Source of the DNA: Verrucomicrobiota bacterium
Lineage (GTDB): Bacteria; Verrucomicrobiota; Verrucomicrobiia; Chthoniobacterales; UBA6821
Direction of reading: 5' to 3'
Assembly (NCBI GenBank): GCA_008932965.1
Contig: WBXG01000010.1
Location: 1-32,000, forward strand
Length of the DNA: 32,000 bases
The notes beneath the pieces were generated by a model. It was not told the DNA's origin, made no database searches, and saw only the letters and a list, made by a program, of their open reading frames with translations. This document shows, in pieces, positions 15,992 to 24,968 of this stretch. Each line of letters starts with the position of its first letter. The first letter of the stretch is position 1. The position numbers were made by a program, and so were the translations under genes.

Positions 15992-16366
15992 ATGACCGAC
16001 ACTTACGGATCTCTTCTCGTTCATGTTGTAGTTTCCCTAGCATTCGCACTTTCTATTTGGTTTGCTAGTCTCCTTTTAGGACGGATTGGAACGGCATTTG
16101 GGGTTAAAAATGCTGCTTACGAATGCGGCATGATTCCCAAGATGACGATTCAGCCTCGATTCAGTGTCAAATTTTATTTGGTCGCCATGCTCTTCATTCT
16201 TTTTGATATTGAAGTAATCTTTATGGTCCCTTGGGCTGTTTGTTATCGAGATTTCATCGTGCAATATGGAGATATTATTTTAGGAAGCATGTTGAGCTTC
16301 GTTACGATCCTGATGGTTGGATATATTTATGCTATCAAAAAAGGGGCATTAGAATTTGCCTCTTAA
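15992..16366 (+). CDS. nuoA: NADH-quinone oxidoreductase subunit A
   Basis: Three TM helices, AYECGM and LFILFDIEVIF motifs typical of NuoA/ND3. I chose the ATG at 15992. Confidence 0.88.
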   Translation: MTDTYGSLLVHVVVSLAFALSIWFASLLLGRIGTAFGVKNAAYECGMIPKMTIQPRFSVKFYLVAMLFILFDIEVIFMVPWAVCYRDFIVQYGDIILGSMLSFVTILMVGYIYAIKKGALEFAS

Positions 16367-16427
16367 AGTGCCTCCATCAAAGCAGAGATGGGATACGTTA
16401 GGCGACTGTTTTGATACTTCCTGTTTG

Positions 16428-16758
16428 GAGCACCACAGCGACACAGCACTTCGCTGCAGAAGATATTTTTTAAAATGAAATTTCTTTTTTAATCGCTCTT
16501 ATGCTGATGAAATGCAAGAAGTCGAGGAGCACAGATGACGAGCGTATAGTTAATACGTGAGAAGTCGAGCACCACAGCGACACAGCACTTCGCTGCAGAA
16601 GATATTTTTAAAATGAAATTTCTTTTTTAATCGCTCTTATGCTGATGAAATGCAAGAAGTCGAGGAGCACAGATGACGAGCGTATAGTTAATACGTGAGG
16701 AGTCGAGCACCACAGCGACACGGCACTTCGCTGCAGAAGAGCGATTAAAAAAGAAATT
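16428..16758. repeat. Tandem repeat array with a 139/138-bp period (about 2.4 copies). It ends in a 22-nt segment that is the reverse complement of a linker segment and abuts the tRNA-Ser 5' end.
   Basis: caccacagcg recurs at 16431, 16570 and 16708. aatttcttttttaatcgctctt (16479-16500 and 16617-16638) is the exact reverse complement of 16737-16758. Confidence 0.9.
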
Positions 16759-16850
16759 GGAAGGATGGCTGAGCCTGGTTGAAGGCACTCGACTCGAAAT
16801 CGAGCGTAGGGTTAAACCTACCGTGGGTTCGAATCCCACTCCTTCCACCA
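16759..16850 (+). tRNA. tRNA-Ser (anticodon CGA), type II with long variable arm, CCA encoded
   Basis: Acceptor stem GGAAGGA/TCCTTCC. Anticodon stem CTCGA/TCGAG with loop CTCGAAA. T-arm GTGGGTTCGAATCCCAC. Terminal ACCA. Confidence 0.93.
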
Positions 16851-16864
16851 TTTTGGAGGCCCGG

Positions 16865-16955
16865 TTAGCCGGGTATCACCATCCTTTGACTGCCTTGTAC
16901 TAATGAAGCTTTGTACGGCGCCTTGCGACAGATCAGTATGAAATATCAGGTTTAG
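16865..16955 (-). mobile_element. MITE-like element, short (about 90 bp) class, 14 nt downstream of tRNA-Ser
   Basis: Right terminus is cagtatgaaatatcagg-tTTAG and the left end is a degenerate TTAG-ccgggtatcacca. The interior aligns with the right part of copy 1947-2134. Confidence 0.65.
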
Positions 16956-17238
16956 TATACAGAGGATTTTTTGAAATGAAGGTAGCAGATATTTTTTTTG
17001 CCTTTTTACTAACTAGTGAAAATTCTATTGGCATTTTTAAAAAATCCCCGGGGAATCCACTGAGGGTCGGATTACTGCTTCCTCCAATGATGATGGGTAG
17101 AAGAACAATAAAAAGCTCCTCGAGGTTTTGGATATTGGGATACAACGAGGTTGAAGCAGGTATTTTAAATTCCTCACATAGCAAAGGGTCATTAATGAGC
17201 TTCCCGTCAATGCTCATGAGGACCTTCAATAATGCCAT
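16933..17238 (-). pseudogene. Possible remnant of a RibD-C / dihydrofolate-reductase-like domain gene, with the tail supplied by the element
   Basis: 101 aa. MSIDGK matches the start of this domain and LLPIIIGG matches its end, but the roughly 80-100 residues normally between them are missing. It ends KPDISY-stop inside the MITE terminus. Confidence 0.3.
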
Positions 17239-17241
17239 GAT

Positions 17242-18294
17242 TTAAAAGTTTTTTTCTGCATTGCTTTCTACCTCTTCTTCAAGCAGCTCTACTTGGTCAC
17301 TCATTTCATGGAAGCTACTATTTCCTCCAGAACTAGGACGATAAAAAAGATAAAAAATACCACCAATTAAACTCCAAAAAACAGTGAGTGAAAAACTGGT
17401 TAATGAGATTAAGACGGCAAGAGATTTTGGGGTTCCATATAATGTGTTCAACAAGGTTTCGAAAAGACCTTCACGAACTCCAATACCACTCAAACTAATA
17501 GGGATATTACAGATTGTATTAACAATGGGAATGACCACAATCATCGGCCCTGCTCCAGGAGCTCCAGGAAGTGCAGAAAAGGCATAGGCTGCAAAAATAC
17601 CAGAACCAAAGAGAAAGATATTCATGAGAATTGAATAAAAAAAAGCGCTTCCTAGGGCCTTTTTTTTAGAACTATAGGCAGAAAGTGCTGTTCCAATATC
17701 GACTAGAGTTCGATGACCAGGGATCCAATGAGGAATATACTTCCAAAGATGAAAATAATTCACAACAAGACTAAAAATAAGAAAACAAACAAAACCACCA
17801 AAAACAGCAAGAACTGTTGTTAAAAGACCTTCGGTAACAGGATTAGCCAGGAGTTGTCGAAAAGAAAAAAGACCAATAAATAGCGTCACTACCATGAGAG
17901 AAAACATTCCAATAAAACGATCAAACATAATGCTAAAAAAAACAGCTGTTTTTTGTTGCGGGACTTCTTTCATCGAGTAAAAGATTTTTAAAACATCACC
18001 TCCAACCGAGCCGAGCAGAAAGAGATTAAAAAACATCCCAATCATCACAAGAGAGAATGTTCTTTTCCATCCAAAATGAATTTTCTGAATTGCAAGCAGC
18101 ACATACCACCGCATTGTTGAACAAAGCAATACAGCTCCAAAGCAGAACAACCCTGGAATCAACCAGAGTAATTGAGCGCGTTGAAGCGCCATTGTCATTT
18201 GTGAACGCTTTACTGGATCATGAAAAATCCACCAGAGCAAAAAAAGCGTTACGGCTCCTTGCACAATAGGCATAATCAATTTTTTACATTTCAT
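17242..18294 (-). CDS. Polytopic membrane protein, LPG-synthase-TM / flippase-like (UPF0104-like)
   Basis: About 350 aa with 8 or more hydrophobic helices and an acidic C-terminal tail. The family call rests on overall pattern only. The start is ambiguous (18294, 18273 or TTG 18324). Confidence 0.5.
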   Translation of the reverse strand: MKCKKLIMPIVQGAVTLFLLWWIFHDPVKRSQMTMALQRAQLLWLIPGLFCFGAVLLCSTMRWYVLLAIQKIHFGWKRTFSLVMIGMFFNLFLLGSVGGDVLKIFYSMKEVPQQKTAVFFSIMFDRFIGMFSLMVVTLFIGLFSFRQLLANPVTEGLLTTVLAVFGGFVCFLIFSLVVNYFHLWKYIPHWIPGHRTLVDIGTALSAYSSKKKALGSAFFYSILMNIFLFGSGIFAAYAFSALPGAPGAGPMIVVIPIVNTICNIPISLSGIGVREGLFETLLNTLYGTPKSLAVLISLTSFSLTVFWSLIGGIFYLFYRPSSGGNSSFHEMSDQVELLEEEVESNAEKNF

Positions 18295-18385
18295 AGAAGG
18301 GGTGAAAAGTAACCAACTCTTCAAACAAAAGAAAAGGTTTCTTTGTTTTATTCTGATTATTTTTTACATCCCGTGAGCGCATTTC

Positions 18386-19477
18386 GTGATTGAACACCTC
18401 TATATCCACATTCCCTTTTGCCCCAATATCTGCCCTTATTGTGCCTTCTACAAAGAGACAGCGGGAAGAGACCGTGTTGAACTATTTATAGAGGCACTTC
18501 TCTTAGAAGCTCAATTTCATGCTTCAGAGCTACTTCCCAAGACTATTTTTTTTGGAGGGGGGACACCTAGCGCTCTTTCGTTTTCTCAAATGGAACGCCT
18601 TCTTGATGGATTGCATCATACCCTCAATCTCTCAGCTATAGAGGAATGGACCATAGAGATGAATCCAGCTACTGTCTCTTCCGACAAGGCCAAACTCCTC
18701 TATGAAGCAGGTGTTAATCGTATTAGCATGGGAGTTCAATCATGGGATGATGCTGTTCTTAAAACACTAGGGCGAATGCATTCATCTCAGAAGGGAGAGG
18801 AATCGTTTTATTTACTACGCGAAGCGGGTTTCAGAAATATTTCCATTGATTTGATTTTTGGGATTCCTTATCAATCATTAAACTCCTGGAGAAACACACT
18901 TGAAAAAACAGTGTTATTAGCTCCAGAGCATCTCTCTGCCTATGGATTGACCTATGAGGAGGGAACAGATTTTTTTCGTCAACGGAGTCGTGGTGTCATG
19001 AAAGAAAATAATGATTTAGAAGCAGAACAATTTGAATTAGCTGATGCCATCCTAGAAAGTAGCGGGTATGAGCACTATGAGATTTCTAATTATGCTAAGA
19101 ATCATCATGAATCAAAACACAATCTGGCTTATTGGCTTGGCAGTGATTACCTAGGTTTGGGGCCAAGTGCTTTTTCAACAGTAAGAGGAGAGCGCTGGCG
19201 TAATATTGCTGAAACAGGCCTCTATAGCTCTAGCACGATCGAAGGAAAAACAGCTCGTGATTTTGAGGAAAAGCTCTCTTTAAGTCTCCTGGCCTCTGAG
19301 CGTGCTGCCTTTGGCCTACGCACCAATCAGGGGCTTGATTTTGAGAAAGCACATCCATGGCATCAGGCAATGGTGGAGATGGAACAGCATGGGCTTCTCT
19401 ACCGCACTCAGGACCGATGGCTTCTTACTAAAAAAGGATTTTTGCTTGCAGATACAGTTGGAGAAATTTTTTTTTAA
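18386..19477 (+). CDS. hemW: Radical SAM heme chaperone HemW (HemN-like)
   Basis: 363 aa. N-terminus YIHIPFCPNICPYCAF carries CX3CX2C, followed by GGGTP and a HemN-C-like tail. GTG start. Confidence 0.9.
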   Translation: MIEHLYIHIPFCPNICPYCAFYKETAGRDRVELFIEALLLEAQFHASELLPKTIFFGGGTPSALSFSQMERLLDGLHHTLNLSAIEEWTIEMNPATVSSDKAKLLYEAGVNRISMGVQSWDDAVLKTLGRMHSSQKGEESFYLLREAGFRNISIDLIFGIPYQSLNSWRNTLEKTVLLAPEHLSAYGLTYEEGTDFFRQRSRGVMKENNDLEAEQFELADAILESSGYEHYEISNYAKNHHESKHNLAYWLGSDYLGLGPSAFSTVRGERWRNIAETGLYSSSTIEGKTARDFEEKLSLSLLASERAAFGLRTNQGLDFEKAHPWHQAMVEMEQHGLLYRTQDRWLLTKKGFLLADTVGEIFF

Positions 19478-19501
19478 TTGTTACCATTTCTTTTTTTCTT
19501 C

Positions 19502-20692
19502 ATGGAAACAAATCGGCCTCGACACAAAAAAGCGATCATTACTGTTGTTACTAGTAATTGTTTTCATCAAGCCCATGTTTTAGGAAAAACGGTAAAGCTC
19601 TTTGAAAAAGAATCGGACTTTATTATTTTTGTTGTCGATTATAAAGCTAACGAACCTTGTTATCAGGGATGTGAGTTTGAAATTATTGATGCTAAGATTT
19701 TAAATCCTGATGAATGGGAACGTTTCTTATTTCAATACAAAGGGATTTCTGTTTGCTGCGCCCTGAAATCTAGAGCACTGAGCCATGCATTGCTTTTCTA
19801 TGAAAAAGTTATTTACCTAGACAGCGATATCGAACTGTTTCATGACCTCTCAGAAGCATGGAGTCAACTAGATCATTGTGACCTCAGCCTCACACCCCAG
19901 AGAAATGAAGCCCCATGTGTTGTGGCTACTATGATTCCACAAATAATGCTTCGAATCTCTGGTGTTTTTAATGCAGGTTATATTGGAACTTCGCGTGGCG
20001 CCTCTCCTTTTCTCGAGTGGTGGTGGGAATGCACCCATTATAACTGCCTCGTAGATGATTATATTATTGGAATATACCTAGATCAAATCTACCTCAATGA
20101 GGCACTATGGCGAGTAAACCGATTGGGTATTTTAAAACATAGTGGCTACAATGTTGCTTGGTGGAATTTTGACCAAAGAAATATCAAGCGTCCCCATGAT
20201 CGCTATTTCGTGAATGATCAACCTCTTGTCTTTTTTCACTATTCCTGTTTTTCCTTTTTTCTAAGAAATAAAAAAAATTTTCGCTGGCTCAAAAGTAGAT
20301 TTGGAGAATTGTATTTTGAATTATACTCCAATTATATTGGGAGGTTATCTTACTACAAAAACAAGCTCCAAATACCATCTTACTCTTATAATCATTTTAT
20401 TGATGGAACTCCCATAAGCTATGAGTGGAGAGAGCACATGAGAAGGGATATCCCTGAGTTAAAAGAGACCACACATCCCTTTGAACTTTCTGAAACAAAG
20501 AGAAAGGAAATTGAAAAAATAATGTCAAAGCGCCCTGAATTTTTTCAACCCAATCCTACACGTATCATCAATAATTGGAGAAATTCAGATCTTGTCTTCA
20601 CACGTGCTCTTAGCAAAAGTGATAGCTACATTCGTTTTCTTGAAAAAGTGATTCATGAACGTGGCTATAATAAAACAGATACTTCACAATAG
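19502..20692 (+). CDS. Putative GT-A fold glycosyltransferase (GT8-like), function unknown
   Basis: The N-terminal AIITVVTSN and YLDSDIELF (DXD) pattern resembles nucleotide-diphospho-sugar transferases. I chose the ATG at 19502. Confidence 0.5.
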   Translation: METNRPRHKKAIITVVTSNCFHQAHVLGKTVKLFEKESDFIIFVVDYKANEPCYQGCEFEIIDAKILNPDEWERFLFQYKGISVCCALKSRALSHALLFYEKVIYLDSDIELFHDLSEAWSQLDHCDLSLTPQRNEAPCVVATMIPQIMLRISGVFNAGYIGTSRGASPFLEWWWECTHYNCLVDDYIIGIYLDQIYLNEALWRVNRLGILKHSGYNVAWWNFDQRNIKRPHDRYFVNDQPLVFFHYSCFSFFLRNKKNFRWLKSRFGELYFELYSNYIGRLSYYKNKLQIPSYSYNHFIDGTPISYEWREHMRRDIPELKETTHPFELSETKRKEIEKIMSKRPEFFQPNPTRIINNWRNSDLVFTRALSKSDSYIRFLEKVIHERGYNKTDTSQ

Positions 20693-20740
20693 CCCTAATA
20701 GATGAAGCGTGATTATACGGGTTTAAGAGTAACAAAGAGC

Positions 20741-20828
20741 TGGTGCCGATGGTGGGACTCGAACCCACACTCCACTTTCGCGGAAAGGGATTTTAAGTCC
20801 CTTGCGTCTGCCATTTCGCCACATCGGC
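20741..20828 (-). tRNA. tRNA-Leu (anticodon UAA), CCA encoded
   Basis: The reverse complement is GCCGATG...CATCGGCACCA. Anticodon stem AGGGA/TCCCT with loop CTTAAAA, long variable arm, T-arm GTGGGTTCGAGTCCCAC. Confidence 0.93.
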
Positions 20829-20951
20829 CTCTTTCGTTGTAAAAAGAAAAAGGTAATTCCTTCATCCCTACTTTACGTAGCAAAATTAACACTCTCCCGT
20901 TTCTTTTACTTCACTAAACGAGTAACCATTTTAGTGATTATCTTACAAAGA

Positions 20952-21959
20952 TCAATGAGCGATCTCTTTTTCAAGAACCATTGTAAAAATCAGGGGAGCT
21001 ACAATGGACGCATCTGACTCAATAATATATTTCGGTGTCTTTACTCCTAATTTCCCCCAGGTAATTTTTTCATTGGGCACAGCTCCAGAATAGCTTCCAT
21101 AGCTCGTTGTTGAATCACTAATCTGACAGAAATAGCCCCACAGCGGAACATGAGTACGTTCTAAATCTTGATGAAGCATCGGAACAACACAGATTGGAAA
21201 ATCCCCAGCAATACCACCCCCTATTTGAAAAAAGCCCATTGAACCTTGATCATTATTAATGAGCTGAGCCTCCTGTGTATACCAGTTGGCAAGAGAGATC
21301 ATATATTCAATTCCTGTTTTTACGGTGTGAACATTTTTGACATCACCACTGATACAGTGTCCTGCATACATGTTTCCAAGCGTTGCATCTTCCCAACCAG
21401 GAACAAACATGGGGAGATTTTTTTCTGCTGCAGCAAGCATCCAACTATGAGCTGGATCAATTTGATAACTCTTGGAGAGTGCACCACTTAAAAGGATTTG
21501 ATACATGAACTCATGGGGAAAATAACTTTTTCCAGCCTGATCTGCAGCAACCCACTTTTCAAGCACTGCTGATTCAATACGACGCATCGCTTCCATTTCT
21601 GGAATACAGGTATCCGTCACTCGATTCATATGACGCTTCAAGAGCTTTTCTTCATCCTCTGGAGTCAAGTCACGATAGTTAGGAACACGCTCATAATAAT
21701 CATGAGCAACAAGATTGAAAATATCTTCCTCTAAATTCGCTCCTGTACAACAAATCGCATGTACCTTGTCTTGACGAATCATCTCCGCTAGCGAGAGTCC
21801 AATTTCAGCAGTGCTCATCGCACCAGCTAACGTCAAAAACATTTTCCCACCCCTCTCAAGATGCTTACAATAACCATCTGCTGCATCTTTTAATGAGGCA
21901 GCATTGAAGTGACGAAAGTGGTGATTGATAAAATCGGTGATAGGTTGAGAGGTATTCAT
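20952..21959 (-). CDS. Deoxyhypusine synthase-like protein (DHS/homospermidine-synthase superfamily)
   Basis: 335 aa with DHS-like motifs (TLAGAMSTAE, CTGANLEEDIF, QIGGGIAGDF). It starts 36 nt after the sufD stop on the same strand. Confidence 0.8.
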   Translation of the reverse strand: MNTSQPITDFINHHFRHFNAASLKDAADGYCKHLERGGKMFLTLAGAMSTAEIGLSLAEMIRQDKVHAICCTGANLEEDIFNLVAHDYYERVPNYRDLTPEDEEKLLKRHMNRVTDTCIPEMEAMRRIESAVLEKWVAADQAGKSYFPHEFMYQILLSGALSKSYQIDPAHSWMLAAAEKNLPMFVPGWEDATLGNMYAGHCISGDVKNVHTVKTGIEYMISLANWYTQEAQLINNDQGSMGFFQIGGGIAGDFPICVVPMLHQDLERTHVPLWGYFCQISDSTTSYGSYSGAVPNEKITWGKLGVKTPKYIIESDASIVAPLIFTMVLEKEIAH

Positions 21960-21994
21960 AGAATGAGTGAATAGATAAAAAACAGAATTTTTTT

Positions 21995-23266
21995 CTAAAA
22001 GAGATGATTCTCGAGTAGTTCTTCAAGACAATGACGCAGATGGGGCTCCTCTAAACGATCGAGAACAGTTTGAAAAAACCCACGAACAATCAGTTTAGAC
22101 CCCTCTTTGGGAGGAATACCACGAGCCATCATATAGAAGAGTTCCTCTTTATTGAGCTCTCCTGAGGTAGCACCATGAGTGCAGCGTACATCATCTGCAA
22201 GGATTTCAAGACCTGGCATAGAATTAGCCTCAGCATCATCACTGAGCATGAGATTTCTGACTTTTTGATAAGCATCTGTTTGATGGGCCTCCTTTTCTAC
22301 TTTAATAAGTCCTGAAAAAATAGTTCGGGCATGATCGCTTAGAGCATTATGATAGAGAAGGTCACTAGTGGCATGAGGAGCAATATGATCTTGAAAAGTA
22401 CGTTGATCAATCTCCTGTTCACCAACGGCAGGATTAATAGAGAGCATGATGCTTTGAGCCTCTTTTCCAAGAAGACGACTGTCACTTTCTGTACGGACAA
22501 AATGACCTCCTAAGTGAAGTTGCAGTGATGTTGCCCTCCCCTTTTGAGAGACACTGGTGTTATTCATATGAAATGCTGTTGTCTGAGAGCTCCACTCCTG
22601 GACTGAGGCATAGTTTAAACATCCCCCCTCTGCTACAACGAGGTCGTTCATAGCACACGCCAAGGTTGGTTCTTGACGCAGTGAAACAAATCGCTCCAAA
22701 ACGGAAACATGGCTATGTTCCCCAACAACAATAAGAGTATGTGGAAAAATTGCACTGTGGACACCTTCAACCCAATGCCATATTTCAATTGGCTTATTGA
22801 GAACAACTCCTGGAGGCAGATATAGAAAGGCTCCCGTACGTAATTGCGCTTGATGCAGCATCGCAAATTTTTGTGATCCAAGCCGTGCTTCATACTGCAT
22901 GAAGTACTGGCGGAAGAGCTCTTCATGCTTTGCAAGAGCCTCTTCTATCGAAATACAAAGAACTTCTTGAGGTAGATCCTCTACTTCAAGATGAAGTAGC
23001 TGGTCATTAGCAAAAACAAATTTTGCAGCCACATCGTTCATTCCTTGTGAACGGCGTAGAATTTCTGCTACCTCTGAGGTCTTACTGGCCTCCACAAACT
23101 TTTCCAAGGAGGCTTTTTTAAGATTGGCAAAACGCCACATTTCATCACTACGTGAGGGTTGAGGAAGTTTTAAAAAAGAGTTCCAAGCTTGAGCTTGTAA
23201 TTCTTGAAACCATTTCGATTTGCTAACAGATCCATGGAAGTTGAAGTTCGAAGTTGAGGTAGGCAT
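21995..23266 (-). CDS. sufD: Fe-S cluster assembly protein SufD
   Basis: The C-terminal half is SufB/SufD-like (beta-helix pattern, CTHGATSGELNKEELFYMMARGI). I chose the ATG at 23266; the ORF track TTG is at 23317. Confidence 0.85.
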   Translation of the reverse strand: MPTSTSNFNFHGSVSKSKWFQELQAQAWNSFLKLPQPSRSDEMWRFANLKKASLEKFVEASKTSEVAEILRRSQGMNDVAAKFVFANDQLLHLEVEDLPQEVLCISIEEALAKHEELFRQYFMQYEARLGSQKFAMLHQAQLRTGAFLYLPPGVVLNKPIEIWHWVEGVHSAIFPHTLIVVGEHSHVSVLERFVSLRQEPTLACAMNDLVVAEGGCLNYASVQEWSSQTTAFHMNNTSVSQKGRATSLQLHLGGHFVRTESDSRLLGKEAQSIMLSINPAVGEQEIDQRTFQDHIAPHATSDLLYHNALSDHARTIFSGLIKVEKEAHQTDAYQKVRNLMLSDDAEANSMPGLEILADDVRCTHGATSGELNKEELFYMMARGIPPKEGSKLIVRGFFQTVLDRLEEPHLRHCLEELLENHLF

Positions 23267-23328
23267 TAACGCACGAGAGATTAAAATAAATATTGAATCC
23301 AAAAATACGACTAACAAAAAAAGATCTC

Positions 23329-24741
23329 CTATCCAACCGATCCCTCCATTTCAAGGTCGATGAGACGTTTGAGCTCTACAGAGTATTCCATCGGAAATTG
23401 CTGCACAAGGTCATTGACGAATCCATTGACTGCAAGGCTCATTGCAGCTGCTTCACTCAATCCACGCTGCTGCATATAAAAAATCTGTTCTGCATTAATT
23501 TGACTAACACTCGCCTCATGCTGAACCGAATGTCCCTGACCACGTACAGTAATCGCAGGGTAGGTATCGGTGCGACTCTGGGCATTAATTAAAAGGGCAT
23601 CACACTCCGTATTATTCTTACATTTTTTAAGATGTTTAGGAATATGAACCATCCCACGATAGGTAGAGCGACCGCTACCAAGACTAATTGATTTTGAAAT
23701 AATATTACTTGTGGTTTCATCTGCAGCATGAACCATCTTTGCTCCTGTATCCTGGTGCTGTCCATCTCCAGCTAGAGCAATTGAGACTACTTCTCCTCGA
23801 GCACGCCGCCCTTTCATGATGACTCCAGGATATTTCATGGTAAGGCGTGATCCAATATTACAATCAATCCATTTGATCTCAGCATCTTCATGGGCCAACC
23901 CACGCTTGGTCACAAGATTAAAGACATTAGAGCTCCAATTTTGAACTGTGATATATTGGATCTTTGCTCCCTTCAGAGCGACCAATTCAACAACAGCACT
24001 ATGAAGCGTTGCTGTTTCAAATTTAGGTGCCGTGCATCCCTCCATGTAGGTTACTTCCGCTCCCTCATCAGCAATGATAAGGGTACGCTCGAATTGACCA
24101 AAATTTTGTGCATTAATTCGGAAGTAGGCCTGAAGTGGATGTGAGACCTTTACCCCAGGTGGCACATAAATAAAACTTCCTCCACTAAAAGCAGCACTAT
24201 TGAGCGCACTGAATTTGTTATCTCCCGTTGGTATCACTTTTCCAAACCACTTTTTAAAAATCTCAGGATGATCTTTCAACCCCTCTGCGCTACCTACAAA
24301 AATAACACCTTGTTCTCCAACTGCTGCCTTGATGTTGGAATAGGCCGCCTCACTATCAAATTGTGCTTCGACTCCTGCAAGAAATTTTCGTTCTTGTTCT
24401 GGAATGCCAAGACGTTCGAACGTTCTCTTCACATCCTCAGGAACCTCTTCCCATGTGCGCTTGGGCGCTTGTCCTTGGGAAAGGTAATAACGAATATTTT
24501 CAAATACGATATTCTCTAAATCTTTTGTTGCCCAGTGTGTGGGCATGGGCATTGCAAGAAACTTACGATAAGCTTCCTTACGAAAGGCACGTACCCACTG
24601 GGGATCTTTTTTGACATCACAAATGTAGTCGATAGTCGCCTCGCTAAGCCCCACACCGGCATCGTAGGCATAATCAATGTCATAACGAAAATCCCCAACG
24701 GAACGATCTGCCTCTATTTGAGATTGGATATCAGTTTTCAT
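23329..24741 (-). CDS. sufB: Fe-S cluster assembly protein SufB
   Basis: 470 aa, SufB-like over the full length (YIKGCTAP-like [28 protein letters not shown]). Confidence 0.95.
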   Translation of the reverse strand: MKTDIQSQIEADRSVGDFRYDIDYAYDAGVGLSEATIDYICDVKKDPQWVRAFRKEAYRKFLAMPMPTHWATKDLENIVFENIRYYLSQGQAPKRTWEEVPEDVKRTFERLGIPEQERKFLAGVEAQFDSEAAYSNIKAAVGEQGVIFVGSAEGLKDHPEIFKKWFGKVIPTGDNKFSALNSAAFSGGSFIYVPPGVKVSHPLQAYFRINAQNFGQFERTLIIADEGAEVTYMEGCTAPKFETATLHSAVVELVALKGAKIQYITVQNWSSNVFNLVTKRGLAHEDAEIKWIDCNIGSRLTMKYPGVIMKGRRARGEVVSIALAGDGQHQDTGAKMVHAADETTSNIISKSISLGSGRSTYRGMVHIPKHLKKCKNNTECDALLINAQSRTDTYPAITVRGQGHSVQHEASVSQINAEQIFYMQQRGLSEAAAMSLAVNGFVNDLVQQFPMEYSVELKRLIDLEMEGSVG

Positions 24742-24968
24742 AAATAATAACTTTTTTTTTCGAGTTCGTAGATTAACTAGGAACTTACATCATACAACTT
24801 TCATTATAAACCCATTCTCCTTTTTTGGGAATGTTTTGAACTATTTTTCAAAGAATGCTGAAAGAAGCTGGATCAAGGAATACTCAAGATTCTCACGTAG
24901 CAAAGATTTTCTTAGAACAACCCTTGCTAGGAGAGGCAAGGACTTGCATCGAGCAACACAAAGATAAT

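Noticed and set aside
16428-16758. CRISPR array interpretation of the tandem repeats here and at 1-263.
   Set aside because: The would-be spacers are identical between units, so these are plain tandem duplications. The period (138-144 bp) is far larger than a CRISPR repeat plus spacer. No cas genes are present in the window.
16428-16758. Retron (msr/msd flanked by inverted repeats) or DGR template/variable repeat interpretation of the repeat arrays.
   Set aside because: No reverse transcriptase gene is anywhere in the window. Differences between units are not adenine-specific. The inverted repeats are explained by the linker duplication.
16627-16851. A 74-aa ORF on the minus strand.
   Set aside because: It is antisense to tRNA-Ser and the tandem repeat. 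Its N-terminus (MVEGVGFEPT) is the typical translation artefact of a tRNA T-arm and acceptor.
16853-16880. The hairpin cccgg-ttag-ccggg just after tRNA-Ser as an intrinsic terminator.
   Set aside because: It is a 5-bp stem with no following T-tract. It is better explained as the degenerate left terminus (TTAGCCGGG) of the short element copy.
20709-20729. The string gattatacgggtttaag next to tRNA-Leu resembles an element right terminus (gaaatatacgggttaa).
   Set aside because: It is only about 12 matching bases, with no partner terminus or internal homology. It is too short to call a solo end.
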